In this document: positions 1 to 9,704 of the stretch, piece after piece
Position numbering within the stretch: position 1 is the stretch's first letter
How the letters are laid out: every line of letters starts with the position of its first letter
From: an uncultured delta proteobacterium
GTDB taxonomy: Bacteria; Desulfobacterota; RBG-13-43-22
NCBI GenBank assembly: GCA_963843145.1
Contig: CAWJJC010000020.1
Span: 480,001-544,000 of the forward strand
Direction: 5' to 3'
DNA length: 64,000 nt
Notes under the pieces: model-generated
Database searches by the model: none
What the model was told of the DNA's origin: nothing
The model's input: only the letters and a program-made list of their open reading frames with translations
Made by a program: the position numbers and the translations under genes

Positions 1-2910
1 ATCCTGTTCATGGTTGCCTACTATGCCGAATGGCGGGAAAAGAAGGGCCGGAGCATTGTCACCAACCCCTATGTCTACTCCCTTTCACTGGCCGTTTATT
101 GCACCTCCTGGACCTTTTACGGCAGCGTCGGAGAAGCGGCAACTTCGGGGTTGTCGTTTTTGCCCATCTATTTAGGCCCCACCCTGATGGCCGCTCTCTG
201 GGGGGTGCTGCTCTTGAAAATTATCGGGATCGCCCATAAAAATCGAATAACCACCATCTCCGATTTTTTAGGGTCCCGGTATGGAAACTCCCTTTTTCTC
301 TCCGGTCTGGTCACCGTGGTGACGCTGGTCGGGATCACCCCCTACCTGGGCCTGCAGATGAAGGCCATCATGAATACCTTTACGATTATGGCCGGTGAAC
401 CCCGGGGAAGCATGGCCGCCGGATGGGTGATCACCCTGATCCTGGGCAGCTTCGCCATTATCTTCGGCGCCCGCCGACTGGACTCCTCCGAACGTCACGG
501 CGGCCTGGTTTTTGCCATTGCCTTTGAATCGCTGGTCAAATTGATCGCCTTCCTCCTGGTGGGCCTCTTCGTCACCTTTGGTCTGTTCAACGGGTTCGGC
601 GACATCTTCAACCGGATTCAAAGCTCCAACTTCAGCTATCTGTTGATGATCGGCAGCGGCTCTTCGGTCAGCTTTCAGGAGTGGGCTACCCTGCTCTTTC
701 TTTCCATGATGGCCATCCTCTTTCTTCCGCGGCAATTTCACATCACCGTGGTGGAGAATTCGGACCCTTCCCATATTTCCAAAGCCACCTGGCTGTTCCC
801 CCTCTACCTCCTGCTGATCAACGTCTTCGTCATCCCCGTGGCCTTCGGCGGTCTCCTGCTGGGCGGCAACCAACTGGAGGCCGACAGCTTCGTCCTGACC
901 ATCCCCCTGCGCCAGGGAAGGTCCTACCTGGCCCTTCTGGCCTTTATCGGCGGTTTTTCCGCGGCCACCGGCATGATCATCGTGGAATCGCTGGCCCTGA
1001 GCACCATGGTCATGAACAGCCTGGTCATGCCGGCCATTTTTCGGTACAACCATGTCCGGGGCTTTCCCACCATTATCTTGAACATCAAACGGCTCATCAT
1101 CATCGGGTGTGTATTTTTAGGGTATTTTTTTGCCGTCTTTATTGGGCGCTTTTACACCCTGGTGGAGATCGGGCTGAAGTCGTTTGAAGCCGTGACCATT
1201 TTTGCCCCGCCCCTGATCCTGGGCCTCTACTGGAAGAAGGGCAACCGAAACGGGGCCATCGCCGGGATTGTCGCCGGTTTTGTGATCTGGTTTTATACCC
1301 TGCTCATGCCCGCCTTGATCAAGGCCGAAGTGTTCACCCCGGAAGGATTCCTGGCCGCCACCTTACGCCTGGATCTCCTCAACCCCCATGCCCTCTTCGG
1401 CTTGAAGGGGCTGGACAAGTGGAGCCAATCGCTCTTTTGGGGGCTGCTCTTCAACCTGTCCCTCTACTTGGGGTTTTCCATATTCACCAATCAGCGGGAG
1501 GGAGAAGATCGGCAGGCCCTGCTCTTTGTCGAATCCTATGACCCGGGCTTCGTTTCCCAAAAAAGCCGCTATACTATCCGGCAAATCGAGGAAATTCTAG
1601 GCCAGTATGTGGGCCGCATCGAGGCCCAGGAAATCATCGACCGTTTCATTCGGCAGCAGGGGATCAACCGCGAGGCGATCTCCTCGGAGGAAATCATTCA
1701 CTTGCGGAACGAGGCGGAGCGGGTCCTTTCCGGGGCACTGGGATCCTCCATCGCGACCATTATTTTTGAGGAAAAATCCGTCCTGACCGAAGAGGAACGG
1801 GGCGAGCTTTCCCATTCCATCAAGCAGATCACCGACACCCTGAGGCTTTCCCGCCATGAACTGGCCGAAGCCAACCGCAATCTGGCTTACCTGAAAGAAT
1901 TCAGTGAGAATATTATCGAAAGCGCCCCGGTGGGCATCATCACCGTGGACTCCCTCTCCCGGGTCAAGTACTGGAACCGGGAGATGGAAACCATCACCGG
2001 GATCAAAAAAAGCGTGGCCATCAACCGTTCCATTCAACCCCTGCTGCCCTGGGTCCATCGGGGGGCCTGGGGTCCCGGAAGTCCCCAGGAACTCATCGTC
2101 CAGACCCCGGCCAAGCAGACCATTAAAATCAACCTCAGCCCTTTTAAGGATCCGTCGGGCGGGCTGGTCGTCATGCTGGAGAACATTACCGAAAAAAAGA
2201 AAATGGAGGAGCAGCTCCTGCAGACCTCCAAATTGGCCAGTCTGGGACAGCTCACGGCCGGCATCTCCCATGAAATCGGGAACCCCCTGGCTTCCATCTC
2301 CTCCCTGGTCCAAGAACTGCAATCCATCGAACTGCTCGATCCGGAAGAAATCCTCTTTACCCGCGATTCCTTGAAAACCATCAACAGTCACCTGGAACGA
2401 ATCGCCAAGATCGTGCGCAGTCTGGGCGATTTTGCCCGCATCTCCTCCTCGGAGAAAAAACCGACCAATATTGTAGAAATCCTGGATCAGACCATCAGCC
2501 TGGTGAAATACGATAAACGCTCCCGGAAGGTGGACTTCACCTCCGACATCGACCCCATTCCCTTTCTGCGGGTCAACCCCGATCAGATTCAGCAGGTGTT
2601 TCTGAACATGGTACTCAATGCCATCGATGCCATGCCGGCGGGAGGCCGGTTCAATGTGTCCATCAAGCGGGCCGATCCTTGGGTGGAAATCCGCTTCACC
2701 GATACCGGCCAAGGGATCGAAGAGGCCGTGCTGGATCGAATATTCGACCCCTTCTTTACGACCAAGCCCCTGGGCAAAGGAACGGGATTGGGTTTAAGCA
2801 TCTGTTATGGTATCATCAGGGATCACGACGGGCAAATTTCGGTAAAAAGCAAAAAGGGAATCGGGACTACCTTTGAAATCCGACTCCCCCTGGAGGAATC
2901 CAATGGATGA
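1..2910 (+). CDS. Na+/solute symporter (SLC5)-STAC-PAS histidine kinase, CbrA/CrbS family, no receiver domain; probably 5'-truncated by the window edge
   Basis: N-terminal multi-TM region with YSLSLAVYCTSWTFYGSVG, STAC-like EAERVLSGALG, PAS, H-box SHEIGNPL, G-box GTGLGL. The frame is open from base 1. Confidence 0.9.
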   Translation: MLFMVAYYAEWREKKGRSIVTNPYVYSLSLAVYCTSWTFYGSVGEAATSGLSFLPIYLGPTLMAALWGVLLLKIIGIAHKNRITTISDFLGSRYGNSLFLSGLVTVVTLVGITPYLGLQMKAIMNTFTIMAGEPRGSMAAGWVITLILGSFAIIFGARRLDSSERHGGLVFAIAFESLVKLIAFLLVGLFVTFGLFNGFGDIFNRIQSSNFSYLLMIGSGSSVSFQEWATLLFLSMMAILFLPRQFHITVVENSDPSHISKATWLFPLYLLLINVFVIPVAFGGLLLGGNQLEADSFVLTIPLRQGRSYLALLAFIGGFSAATGMIIVESLALSTMVMNSLVMPAIFRYNHVRGFPTIILNIKRLIIIGCVFLGYFFAVFIGRFYTLVEIGLKSFEAVTIFAPPLILGLYWKKGNRNGAIAGIVAGFVIWFYTLLMPALIKAEVFTPEGFLAATLRLDLLNPHALFGLKGLDKWSQSLFWGLLFNLSLYLGFSIFTNQREGEDRQALLFVESYDPGFVSQKSRYTIRQIEEILGQYVGRIEAQEIIDRFIRQQGINREAISSEEIIHLRNEAERVLSGALGSSIATIIFEEKSVLTEEERGELSHSIKQITDTLRLSRHELAEANRNLAYLKEFSENIIESAPVGIITVDSLSRVKYWNREMETITGIKKSVAINRSIQPLLPWVHRGAWGPGSPQELIVQTPAKQTIKINLSPFKDPSGGLVVMLENITEKKKMEEQLLQTSKLASLGQLTAGISHEIGNPLASISSLVQELQSIELLDPEEILFTRDSLKTINSHLERIAKIVRSLGDFARISSSEKKPTNIVEILDQTISLVKYDKRSRKVDFTSDIDPIPFLRVNPDQIQQVFLNMVLNAIDAMPAGGRFNVSIKRADPWVEIRFTDTGQGIEEAVLDRIFDPFFTTKPLGKGTGLGLSICYGIIRDHDGQISVKSKKGIGTTFEIRLPLEESNG

Positions 2911-4072
2911 ACGACTGTTAATTGTGGAAGATGAAGATACCCTCAGGGAATCGCTCAGCCGGGTCTTTTCCCGGGAGGGGTATCAGGTGGTGGCGGTGAG
3001 CAGCGCCGAGCCGGCGCTGGAACTTTTCGAGGAAGGGTATTTTGACCTGATCATCACCGACATCATTCTGCCGGGAATCACCGGGATCGAACTGCTGAAA
3101 CGGGTCAAGGAGACGGCACCCGAACAGGTGGTCATCATCATGACCGCCTATGCCTCCCTGGAAACCGCCGTCGAAACCCTGCGCAACGGCGCCTACGACT
3201 ACATCGTCAAACCCATCATCCACGAAGAAATCAAGCAGATCGTCAAAAACGCGCTGAAGGTCCGGGCCTTGCAGAAGGAAAACGTCTTTCTCAAGAAGCA
3301 GATGGGCGGGTCCTATGACCTGAGCCGCATCATCGGGCAGCATCCCGAAATCCAGCAGATCGTCGGCCGGATCAAAAAGATCGTGGAGACCCGCAGCAAC
3401 GTCCTGTTCATCGGGGAAGTCGGGACCGGCAAGCGGCTTATCGCTCGGGCCATCCACTTCAACAGCCCCCGGGCCGACAAAACCTTCATGCCCGTCAACC
3501 TCCGGGCCATTCCTTCCCACCTGCTGGAGGAGGAGCTCTTCGGCCGGGTCAAGGACACCTTTCCCGGCTCCAGCCTGGTCATGGGAGGTTTTCTGGAAGA
3601 AGCCAACGGGGGAACGATCTATCTCAACGGCATTGAACTGTTGTCTCCCGACCTGCAGTTGAAACTCCTGAGGGTGTTGGAAGACCAGGAAGTCCGGCCG
3701 GTGGGCGGACCCCAGGGCATCAAGCTGGATCTACTGGTGATCTCCAGCTCTAACCTGGAACTGGAGGACCTGGTCCAGGCCGGGGAATTCCGGGAAGATC
3801 TCTACCAGCGCCTGAAGGTCGTGATCCTCAAAATCCCCCCTTTGCGGGAACGGGAAGAGGATTTGGACCTTCTGGCCCGGTTTTTCATCCAGCGCTATGC
3901 CAAAGAATTCGGCAAAACCGTCAAGGACCTCGCCCCGGAGGTCCTGACCCAATTCAAACGCTATGACTGGCCGGGCAACGTCCGTGAATTGCGTAGCCTT
4001 CTGGAAAGAGCCGTCCTGATCACCCGGGAAGAAGTTATCCGTCCCCATCATTTCTCGATCCCAGCGCCCTGA
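2903..4072 (+). CDS. Degenerate NtrC-family protein: receiver plus AAA+, lacking GAFTGA, Walker B acidic residues and HTH
   Basis: ATG 2903 after GGAGG, overlapping the kinase stop. REC (IVEDE...TDIILPG), Walker A GEVGTGK, DTFPGS in place of GAFTGA, YLNGI in place of FLDEI. The protein ends just after the AAA+ domain. Confidence 0.85.
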   Translation: MDERLLIVEDEDTLRESLSRVFSREGYQVVAVSSAEPALELFEEGYFDLIITDIILPGITGIELLKRVKETAPEQVVIIMTAYASLETAVETLRNGAYDYIVKPIIHEEIKQIVKNALKVRALQKENVFLKKQMGGSYDLSRIIGQHPEIQQIVGRIKKIVETRSNVLFIGEVGTGKRLIARAIHFNSPRADKTFMPVNLRAIPSHLLEEELFGRVKDTFPGSSLVMGGFLEEANGGTIYLNGIELLSPDLQLKLLRVLEDQEVRPVGGPQGIKLDLLVISSSNLELEDLVQAGEFREDLYQRLKVVILKIPPLREREEDLDLLARFFIQRYAKEFGKTVKDLAPEVLTQFKRYDWPGNVRELRSLLERAVLITREEVIRPHHFSIPAP

Positions 4073-4084
4073 ACCCGACGGATT

Positions 4085-5983
4085 ATGATCATTGAAGACG
4101 TCCTCAGTTTTTTAAAAGGGATCCCCCCGTTTCAATTCCTGGAAGAACCCCTCTTAAAAAAAGCGGCCGGGAGCCTGTCCCTGGAATTCTATCCCAAGGA
4201 TACCGTCATCTTGAAACAAAACGGCCCTCCCAGCGATTCTTTGCGGGTAATCAAAAAAGGGGCGGTCAAGGTCCTGATGGGGGACGAGACGGGGGAAGAA
4301 ATCGTCCTGGAATACAAAGGGGAGGGAGATAACTTCGGGTTCCTTTCCCTGATCGGAAAGGATCGCCAGCGGACCACCGTCAAGGCGGTCGAGGACACCC
4401 TCTGCTACATAATGGATGAACAGCGGGTGCGCAAGCTGATAGAAACCAGCCCGCCCTTCAACGAATATTTCATGGCCTACCTCTCCCGGTATGTGGATCG
4501 GACCTATCAGGAGATGCATCAACGGAACGCACTAAACAACGAAAGCGACCGCCTCCTGTTCACCACCTCGTTGGGGAGCATCGCCATTCCGCTGGTCACA
4601 GTATCCGAAAAGACCTCCATTCAGGAGGCGGCGCAGGTGATGGCCCAACACAAAATCAGCTCCCTGATCATCTGCAATAAAAACAACTTGCCCAGCGGGA
4701 TCGTCACCGATCGCGACTTGCGGGAAAAAGTGGTCGCCAAGGGTCGAAACATCGCCGAACCGGTCAAAAACATCGGAAATCTTTCCTTGATCCGGGCGGA
4801 CGGGAGAGATTCCTGCTTCGAGGCCCTGTTGAAAATGATCCAGTATGGCATCCACCATCTGCTGGTGGTGGAGGAGGGCGCCCTGAAGGGCATTGTTACC
4901 AACCATGACCTGATGCTGCTCCAGGGAACGTCTCCGGTTTCCTTTGCCAATGATATTTTGAATCAAGAAACCGTCGAAGGCCTGGTCCCCTTAACACAAA
5001 AAATTTTTAATATCATCCACCTGCTGTTAAAGGAAGACACCCAGGTAGCCCACCTGTCCAATATTATTACCGAGATTTATGACCGCCTTTTCCGCAAGGT
5101 CATGGAGATCGGAGAAAAAAAATTCGGCCCGCCGCCCCTGCCCTATTGTTTTGTGGTCCTGGGCAGTGAAGGCCGCAGGGAACAGATCTTTAAAACCCGG
5201 CAGGACCATTGCCTGATCTATTCTGACCCGGGGACCCCGGGCGCCGAGATCGAGGCCGCCGGATACTTTGCGGATCTCAGCGCTTGGATCCGGGACAGCC
5301 TGACGACTCTGGAAATACCTCCGGGGCCGGGCGGCTATCTGGCCTCCAACCCCAACTGGCGGCAACCGTTTCAAGTCTGGCAAAAAATTTTCCGGGAGTG
5401 GATCGAGGAGGCTTCCCCGGAAAAACTAAGGGAGGCCCTGCCCTTTTTTGACTCCCGCCCCTTGTATGGAAAATTCAGCCTTTTTCTGACCACCCGGGAC
5501 CATATCGTCGCCCTCATCGGCGAGGAAGGGCAGGGTTTTTTGAAAGCTGTTACCGAATTAATCGTTAAAACCCCGCCGCCGGTAGGGTTCATCAAAAACC
5601 GGGTGGTGGAACAGGATGGAACCCAGCAGGAACGGCTCGACTTGCACGAAAAAGGCCTGCGGCCCTTGATCGATCTGGTCAGGCTCTTTGCCCTTTCCAG
5701 GGGCATTCGGGAAACCTCCACGCTGGCCCGGATCCAGGCCCTGAAAGACCGCGAACCGGCCTTCCAAAAACTCAGCGGGGAGCTGGCCCATGCTTTCGAG
5801 TTCATGATGCTGTTTACTATTCATCATCAGTTTCAGCAGATTAAGAAAGGCCAGCGGCCGGACTCCCTGTTAGAACCGACGCATCTGAACAGCCTGGAGA
5901 AAAAGACTCTTCGGGAAGCCTTCCGCTTGATCGGTCGGCTGCAGGCCCTGGCTCAGGCGGCCTTTGGGGTGGAAACCCCCTGA
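4085..5983 (+). CDS. cNMP-binding + CBS pair + DUF294 nucleotidyltransferase-like protein (copy 1)
   Basis: IPPF/cNMP N-terminus, CBS motif GIVTDRDLR, LGSEGRREQ, ASNPNWRQP, FFDSRPLYG. Confidence 0.9.
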   Translation: MIIEDVLSFLKGIPPFQFLEEPLLKKAAGSLSLEFYPKDTVILKQNGPPSDSLRVIKKGAVKVLMGDETGEEIVLEYKGEGDNFGFLSLIGKDRQRTTVKAVEDTLCYIMDEQRVRKLIETSPPFNEYFMAYLSRYVDRTYQEMHQRNALNNESDRLLFTTSLGSIAIPLVTVSEKTSIQEAAQVMAQHKISSLIICNKNNLPSGIVTDRDLREKVVAKGRNIAEPVKNIGNLSLIRADGRDSCFEALLKMIQYGIHHLLVVEEGALKGIVTNHDLMLLQGTSPVSFANDILNQETVEGLVPLTQKIFNIIHLLLKEDTQVAHLSNIITEIYDRLFRKVMEIGEKKFGPPPLPYCFVVLGSEGRREQIFKTRQDHCLIYSDPGTPGAEIEAAGYFADLSAWIRDSLTTLEIPPGPGGYLASNPNWRQPFQVWQKIFREWIEEASPEKLREALPFFDSRPLYGKFSLFLTTRDHIVALIGEEGQGFLKAVTELIVKTPPPVGFIKNRVVEQDGTQQERLDLHEKGLRPLIDLVRLFALSRGIRETSTLARIQALKDREPAFQKLSGELAHAFEFMMLFTIHHQFQQIKKGQRPDSLLEPTHLNSLEKKTLREAFRLIGRLQALAQAAFGVETP

Positions 5984-7329
5984 TGGCCGAGCGAATCCTC
6001 ATTGTTGACGATGAAGCCACCCTGTGCGCGTCCCTGCAGCGGGTTTTCGTCAGGGAAGGGTATGAGGTGGTAACGGCCCACGACGCCGAGGCGGCCCTGG
6101 CCCAATTCGAGGAAGGCGCCTACGACCTGATCATTTCCGATATCCTCCTTCCCGGCATGAACGGCATCGAGTTTCTGCAGGCCGTCAAAAAACGGGCGCC
6201 CGACCTGATCGTCATCGTCATGACCGCCTATGCTTCCATCGAAACTGCCGTCAGCGCCCTGCGCTCCGGGGCCCACGATTATATTCTTAAGCCGGTCATC
6301 CATGACGAAATCAAACGCCTGGTTCGGCTGGCCCTGCACGAAAGGGCCCTTCGGACCGAAAACATCCTGTTAAAAAAACAGATCGAAGACCGCTATGACT
6401 TTGAAAACATCCTAGGCAAAAGTCAGTCTATTCAAGATCTGATCGAACAGGTGAAAAAAATATCGGATTCCCGCAGCAACGTCCTGGTCCTGGGGGAAAC
6501 CGGCACCGGGAAAGAACTGTTTACCCGGGCTATCCATTTCAACAGTTCTCGCAGGAACAAGCCCTTCGTACCCATCAATTGCAGCGCCATTCCCGATAAC
6601 CTCCTGGAATCCGAATTGTTCGGCTACGTCAAAGGCGCCTTTACCGGAGCCACCCAGACCAAGAGAGGCCTGCTGGAAGAAGCGGATGGGGGCACTGTTT
6701 TCCTGGACGAAATCGCCGATCTGGGTTTCTCCCTTCAGGCCAAATTGCTCCGGGTGATCGACGATCACGAAATTCGTCCCCTGGGCAGCACTCAGAGCCG
6801 AAAGGTGGACCTGCGCTTTGTCTCCGCCACCAATAAAGATGTCCGGACAGCCGTGAAGGAAGGGTCTCTGCGGGAGGACCTTTATTACCGCCTGAGCGTG
6901 GTCACCTTTCACTTGCCCCCTCTTCGAGACCGGAAAGAGGATATTCCTATTTTGGCCCGTCGGTTCGTCAAAAAGTATGTCCAGGAACTGGGGAAGCCGG
7001 TCCAGGAAATCGATCCGGTCGCCATTAAAATCTTTAGCGAATACGATTGGCCAGGGAATGTCAGGGAGCTTCAGAATGTCATTGAGCGGGCCGTACTGAT
7101 TTCCGAAGGGAAGAGCATCCTTCCCGAACATCTTCCAGAGGGAATCAGGAAGACCGATTCTTTTATGTTGAAGGCCCTGGATGATTCATTATCTATAGAA
7201 AACTATACCAAAGAATTCATCAAACGACACGAAACCTCCATGAACGAACAAAGACTTGCGGATATGCTGGGGATTACCAGAAAGGCCCTTTGGGAAAAGA
7301 GAAAAAGGTGGGGTCTGGTAAAAAAATAA
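5983..7329 (+). CDS. Sigma-54-dependent response regulator (REC-AAA+-HTH), CbrB-like C-terminus
   Basis: GETGTGKE, ESELFGYVKGAFTGA, FLDEI, WPGNVREL, HTH LADMLGITRKALWEKRKRWG. Confidence 0.93.
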   Translation: MAERILIVDDEATLCASLQRVFVREGYEVVTAHDAEAALAQFEEGAYDLIISDILLPGMNGIEFLQAVKKRAPDLIVIVMTAYASIETAVSALRSGAHDYILKPVIHDEIKRLVRLALHERALRTENILLKKQIEDRYDFENILGKSQSIQDLIEQVKKISDSRSNVLVLGETGTGKELFTRAIHFNSSRRNKPFVPINCSAIPDNLLESELFGYVKGAFTGATQTKRGLLEEADGGTVFLDEIADLGFSLQAKLLRVIDDHEIRPLGSTQSRKVDLRFVSATNKDVRTAVKEGSLREDLYYRLSVVTFHLPPLRDRKEDIPILARRFVKKYVQELGKPVQEIDPVAIKIFSEYDWPGNVRELQNVIERAVLISEGKSILPEHLPEGIRKTDSFMLKALDDSLSIENYTKEFIKRHETSMNEQRLADMLGITRKALWEKRKRWGLVKK

Positions 7330-7330
7330 A

Positions 7331-7444
7331 TGTTACTTTTTTTCCTGAAAAGCTCGGCATTTATTACTTTTGGTAACATAATATAACTTATTATATTTAT
7401 TATGTAATTATTATATGCAATAATTTTCGTAACCATTTGTAACG
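7331..7444. promoter_or_regulatory. Candidate enhancer (UAS) half-sites TGTTAC/GTAAC
   Basis: TGTTAC 7331-7336, GTAACA 7373-7378, GTAACC 7429-7434 and GTAACG 7439-7444, in an AT-rich tract upstream of a sigma-54 promoter. Confidence 0.55.
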
Positions 7445-7565
7445 TTTTTTTTAACAAAATCATGAAAACTATTTCACCAATAGAAGAACCTGCTCAAACC
7501 AATTGAATAGAATATAATAATTAATTCAGTAGGTTATTATATTCAGGGCGCTCTCTTTCCTTCCC

Positions 7566-7581
7566 TGGCATACCTATTGCT
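7566..7581 (+). promoter_or_regulatory. Sigma-54 -24/-12 promoter
   Basis: TGGCATACCTATTGCT fits TGGCA-N6-TTGCW with exact GG-N10-GC spacing. Confidence 0.85.
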
Positions 7582-7591
7582 TCGTTAATAA

Positions 7592-7714
7592 TGAAAAAAT
7601 TAAATTACGTAATCGGGTTTAAAGAGGATCGCACTCTTTAAAGGTTAAATATTTTAACACCGATGGTCGGGCCGCCATCTCCGTCATATTTTATGACGGG
7701 TTGGCGGTTTTTTT
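7592..7714 (+). ncRNA. Putative sigma-54-dependent small RNA or attenuated leader (~120 nt)
   Basis: Bounded by the sigma-54 promoter and an intrinsic terminator. Internal hairpins TTTAAAGAG/CTCTTTAAA (7618-7642), GTTAAA/TTTAAC and CCGA/TCGG. Confidence 0.5.
7671..7714 (+). terminator. Intrinsic terminator
   Basis: GCCGCCA-tct-CCGTCATA-ttt-TATGACGG-gt-TGGCGGT followed by a T-run. Confidence 0.8.
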
Positions 7715-7795
7715 CTTTCCTGAATAAACAACAATAAAAATTTGAATAGATCGATCCCCTGATCTCAGGTGAATATTCCTCCGGGGAAACAGGTC

Positions 7796-9700
7796 ATGGC
7801 AATCGAAGAGGCCCTACAATTCCTCCGGGAAACCCCCCCGTTTCATAATCTGGACGGCGTGGTCCTGCAGGATATCCGGGCCCAAATTACCACGGAAACC
7901 TATCCCCAGGGTACCCCTATAGTTCTCCCGGACAGGCCGGGGGGGGACCATCTTCGAATAATCAAGAAGGGAGCGGTTAAGGTTATCGCCTACTTTGGCT
8001 CAGCGAGCGACGTGGTGACGGACTACCGAGGAGCAGGGGAAATCTTCGGATTTTTGTCCCTGCTGACCGGAGACGAGCTGAAGGCCCAGGTGGTCGCCCT
8101 GGAGGAAACCACATGCTACCTCATCGACCGGAAGATGTTTTTTCAGCTTATTCAGACCCAGCCGGCCTTCGCCGAACAAATGTTCGCCGCCGTTCTGAAA
8201 AAATATGTGGATAAGCCCAACCGGGAAAGGGGAAAGAAGAAACTGCTCTATGGGGGGGCCGACCGCCTTTTTTTTACAACTCCCGTCGGTGAACTGGTTA
8301 CCAGGGACCTGGTTACGGCCTCCGAAGAAATTTCCATCCGGGAGGCCACGGAGATCATGTCCAAGGAGCAGATAAGCTCCTTGGTCCTATTGAATCCCCT
8401 GGGACTGCCATCGGGGATTATAACCATCAAGGACCTGCGGGATAAAGTGGTTTCCAGAGGGCGGGACCTCAATCTGCCGGTCAAAAGGGTCCAGAGCGTT
8501 TCACTGGTCCGGGCCGAAGCCGGCGAGCACTGCATCGAAGCCCTATTTAAGATGATTCATTATAACATCCATCATCTGCTGGTGGTGGACCAGGGTCGTC
8601 TGAAGGGGGTCGTGACCACCCACGATCTGATGAAACTGCAGGGCGCTTCGCCGATTTCTCTGGTCCGAGAGATTGAGGGCCGGCATTCCTTGGAGGACCT
8701 GGCCCCGCTTGGCGGGAAAGTCCGGGACCTGGTGGGGATTTTTTTGAATGACGGCGTCAATCCGGCCCAGATCCTGCGGATTACCACCGAGGTCTATGAC
8801 CGCCTACTCCGGAAGATACTCGAAATAGTCGAAAGGAAACTGGGGACCCCGCCGAGATCTTATTGCTATGGTTCCCTCGACCGGGCCGGCCGTAAGGAGC
8901 AGGGTTTGGAGAACGTTCAACCCTTCGCCCTGATATATTCCGATCCCGCCCCTTCGGAGCCGGAAAAAGAAGCCCGGGAATATTTTGACCGTTTCTTTTA
9001 CCTGACCTCCGAAGCCCTGGGTCGTCTCGGCTTTCAGGTCTCGACACTTGAGGACCCTGAATCCGGAAATCTCGACCGCTGCCGAACGCTAGGATCTTGG
9101 AAGACCGTATTTACCGATTGGATCCATCAGGCAGATGCCCGGTCCGCTGCGGCTGCTCTGCCCTATTTGGATTTCCGGCCCCTGCACGGCGATCTGCGCC
9201 TGGCCGACGATTTACGGCGCTCGATTACCTCCGATTTGTCCCGAAAACGGGAATTCCTGGAGGCCCTGGCCCTGTTCATTCTTAAAAACTCTCCCCCGAT
9301 CAGCGTTTTCCGGAACTTCATTTTGAAAAAAAGCGGAGAGTTCAAAGGATGCTTCGACCTGGAGGAAAAAGGGTTGAGGCCTCTGGTGGACCTGATTCGG
9401 TTTTTCGCTCTGGAAGCCGGGATACCTGAAACCTCCACCCTGGATCGACTTCAAGCCCTGAAGGCGATTTCTCCCTTGGTCAGGGAAAACGGGCAGGAGC
9501 TGGAATACGGCTTTGAATTCCTGACCGGGCTCTGGCTGAAGATTCGGCAGGAACAGATCACCCGGGGACTCCCGCCGCATCCCTACCTGGACCCTAACAA
9601 CCTAAACAGCCTGGAAAAAAAAACGCTGAAAGAAGTGTTCGCCCTGGTCGCCCGACTGCAGGGTCTGCTGCTGGAGAAGGTTCAACCAATTAAATTCTGA
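7796..9700 (+). CDS. cNMP-binding + CBS pair + DUF294-like protein (copy 2, more degenerate)
   Basis: Paralog of 4085-5983 (DRLFFTTP, KDLRDKVV, LNSLEKKTLKE). ATG at 7796; alternative GTG at 7769. Confidence 0.88.
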   Translation: MAIEEALQFLRETPPFHNLDGVVLQDIRAQITTETYPQGTPIVLPDRPGGDHLRIIKKGAVKVIAYFGSASDVVTDYRGAGEIFGFLSLLTGDELKAQVVALEETTCYLIDRKMFFQLIQTQPAFAEQMFAAVLKKYVDKPNRERGKKKLLYGGADRLFFTTPVGELVTRDLVTASEEISIREATEIMSKEQISSLVLLNPLGLPSGIITIKDLRDKVVSRGRDLNLPVKRVQSVSLVRAEAGEHCIEALFKMIHYNIHHLLVVDQGRLKGVVTTHDLMKLQGASPISLVREIEGRHSLEDLAPLGGKVRDLVGIFLNDGVNPAQILRITTEVYDRLLRKILEIVERKLGTPPRSYCYGSLDRAGRKEQGLENVQPFALIYSDPAPSEPEKEAREYFDRFFYLTSEALGRLGFQVSTLEDPESGNLDRCRTLGSWKTVFTDWIHQADARSAAAALPYLDFRPLHGDLRLADDLRRSITSDLSRKREFLEALALFILKNSPPISVFRNFILKKSGEFKGCFDLEEKGLRPLVDLIRFFALEAGIPETSTLDRLQALKAISPLVRENGQELEYGFEFLTGLWLKIRQEQITRGLPPHPYLDPNNLNSLEKKTLKEVFALVARLQGLLLEKVQPIKF

Positions 9701-9704
9701 CCAA

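Noticed and set aside
7591-7641. Mini-ORF MKKLNYVIGFKEDRTL in the sigma-54 leader
   Set aside because: The ATG sits at or just before the predicted start site with no RBS and no telling codon bias. It cannot be supported, though it is not excluded.
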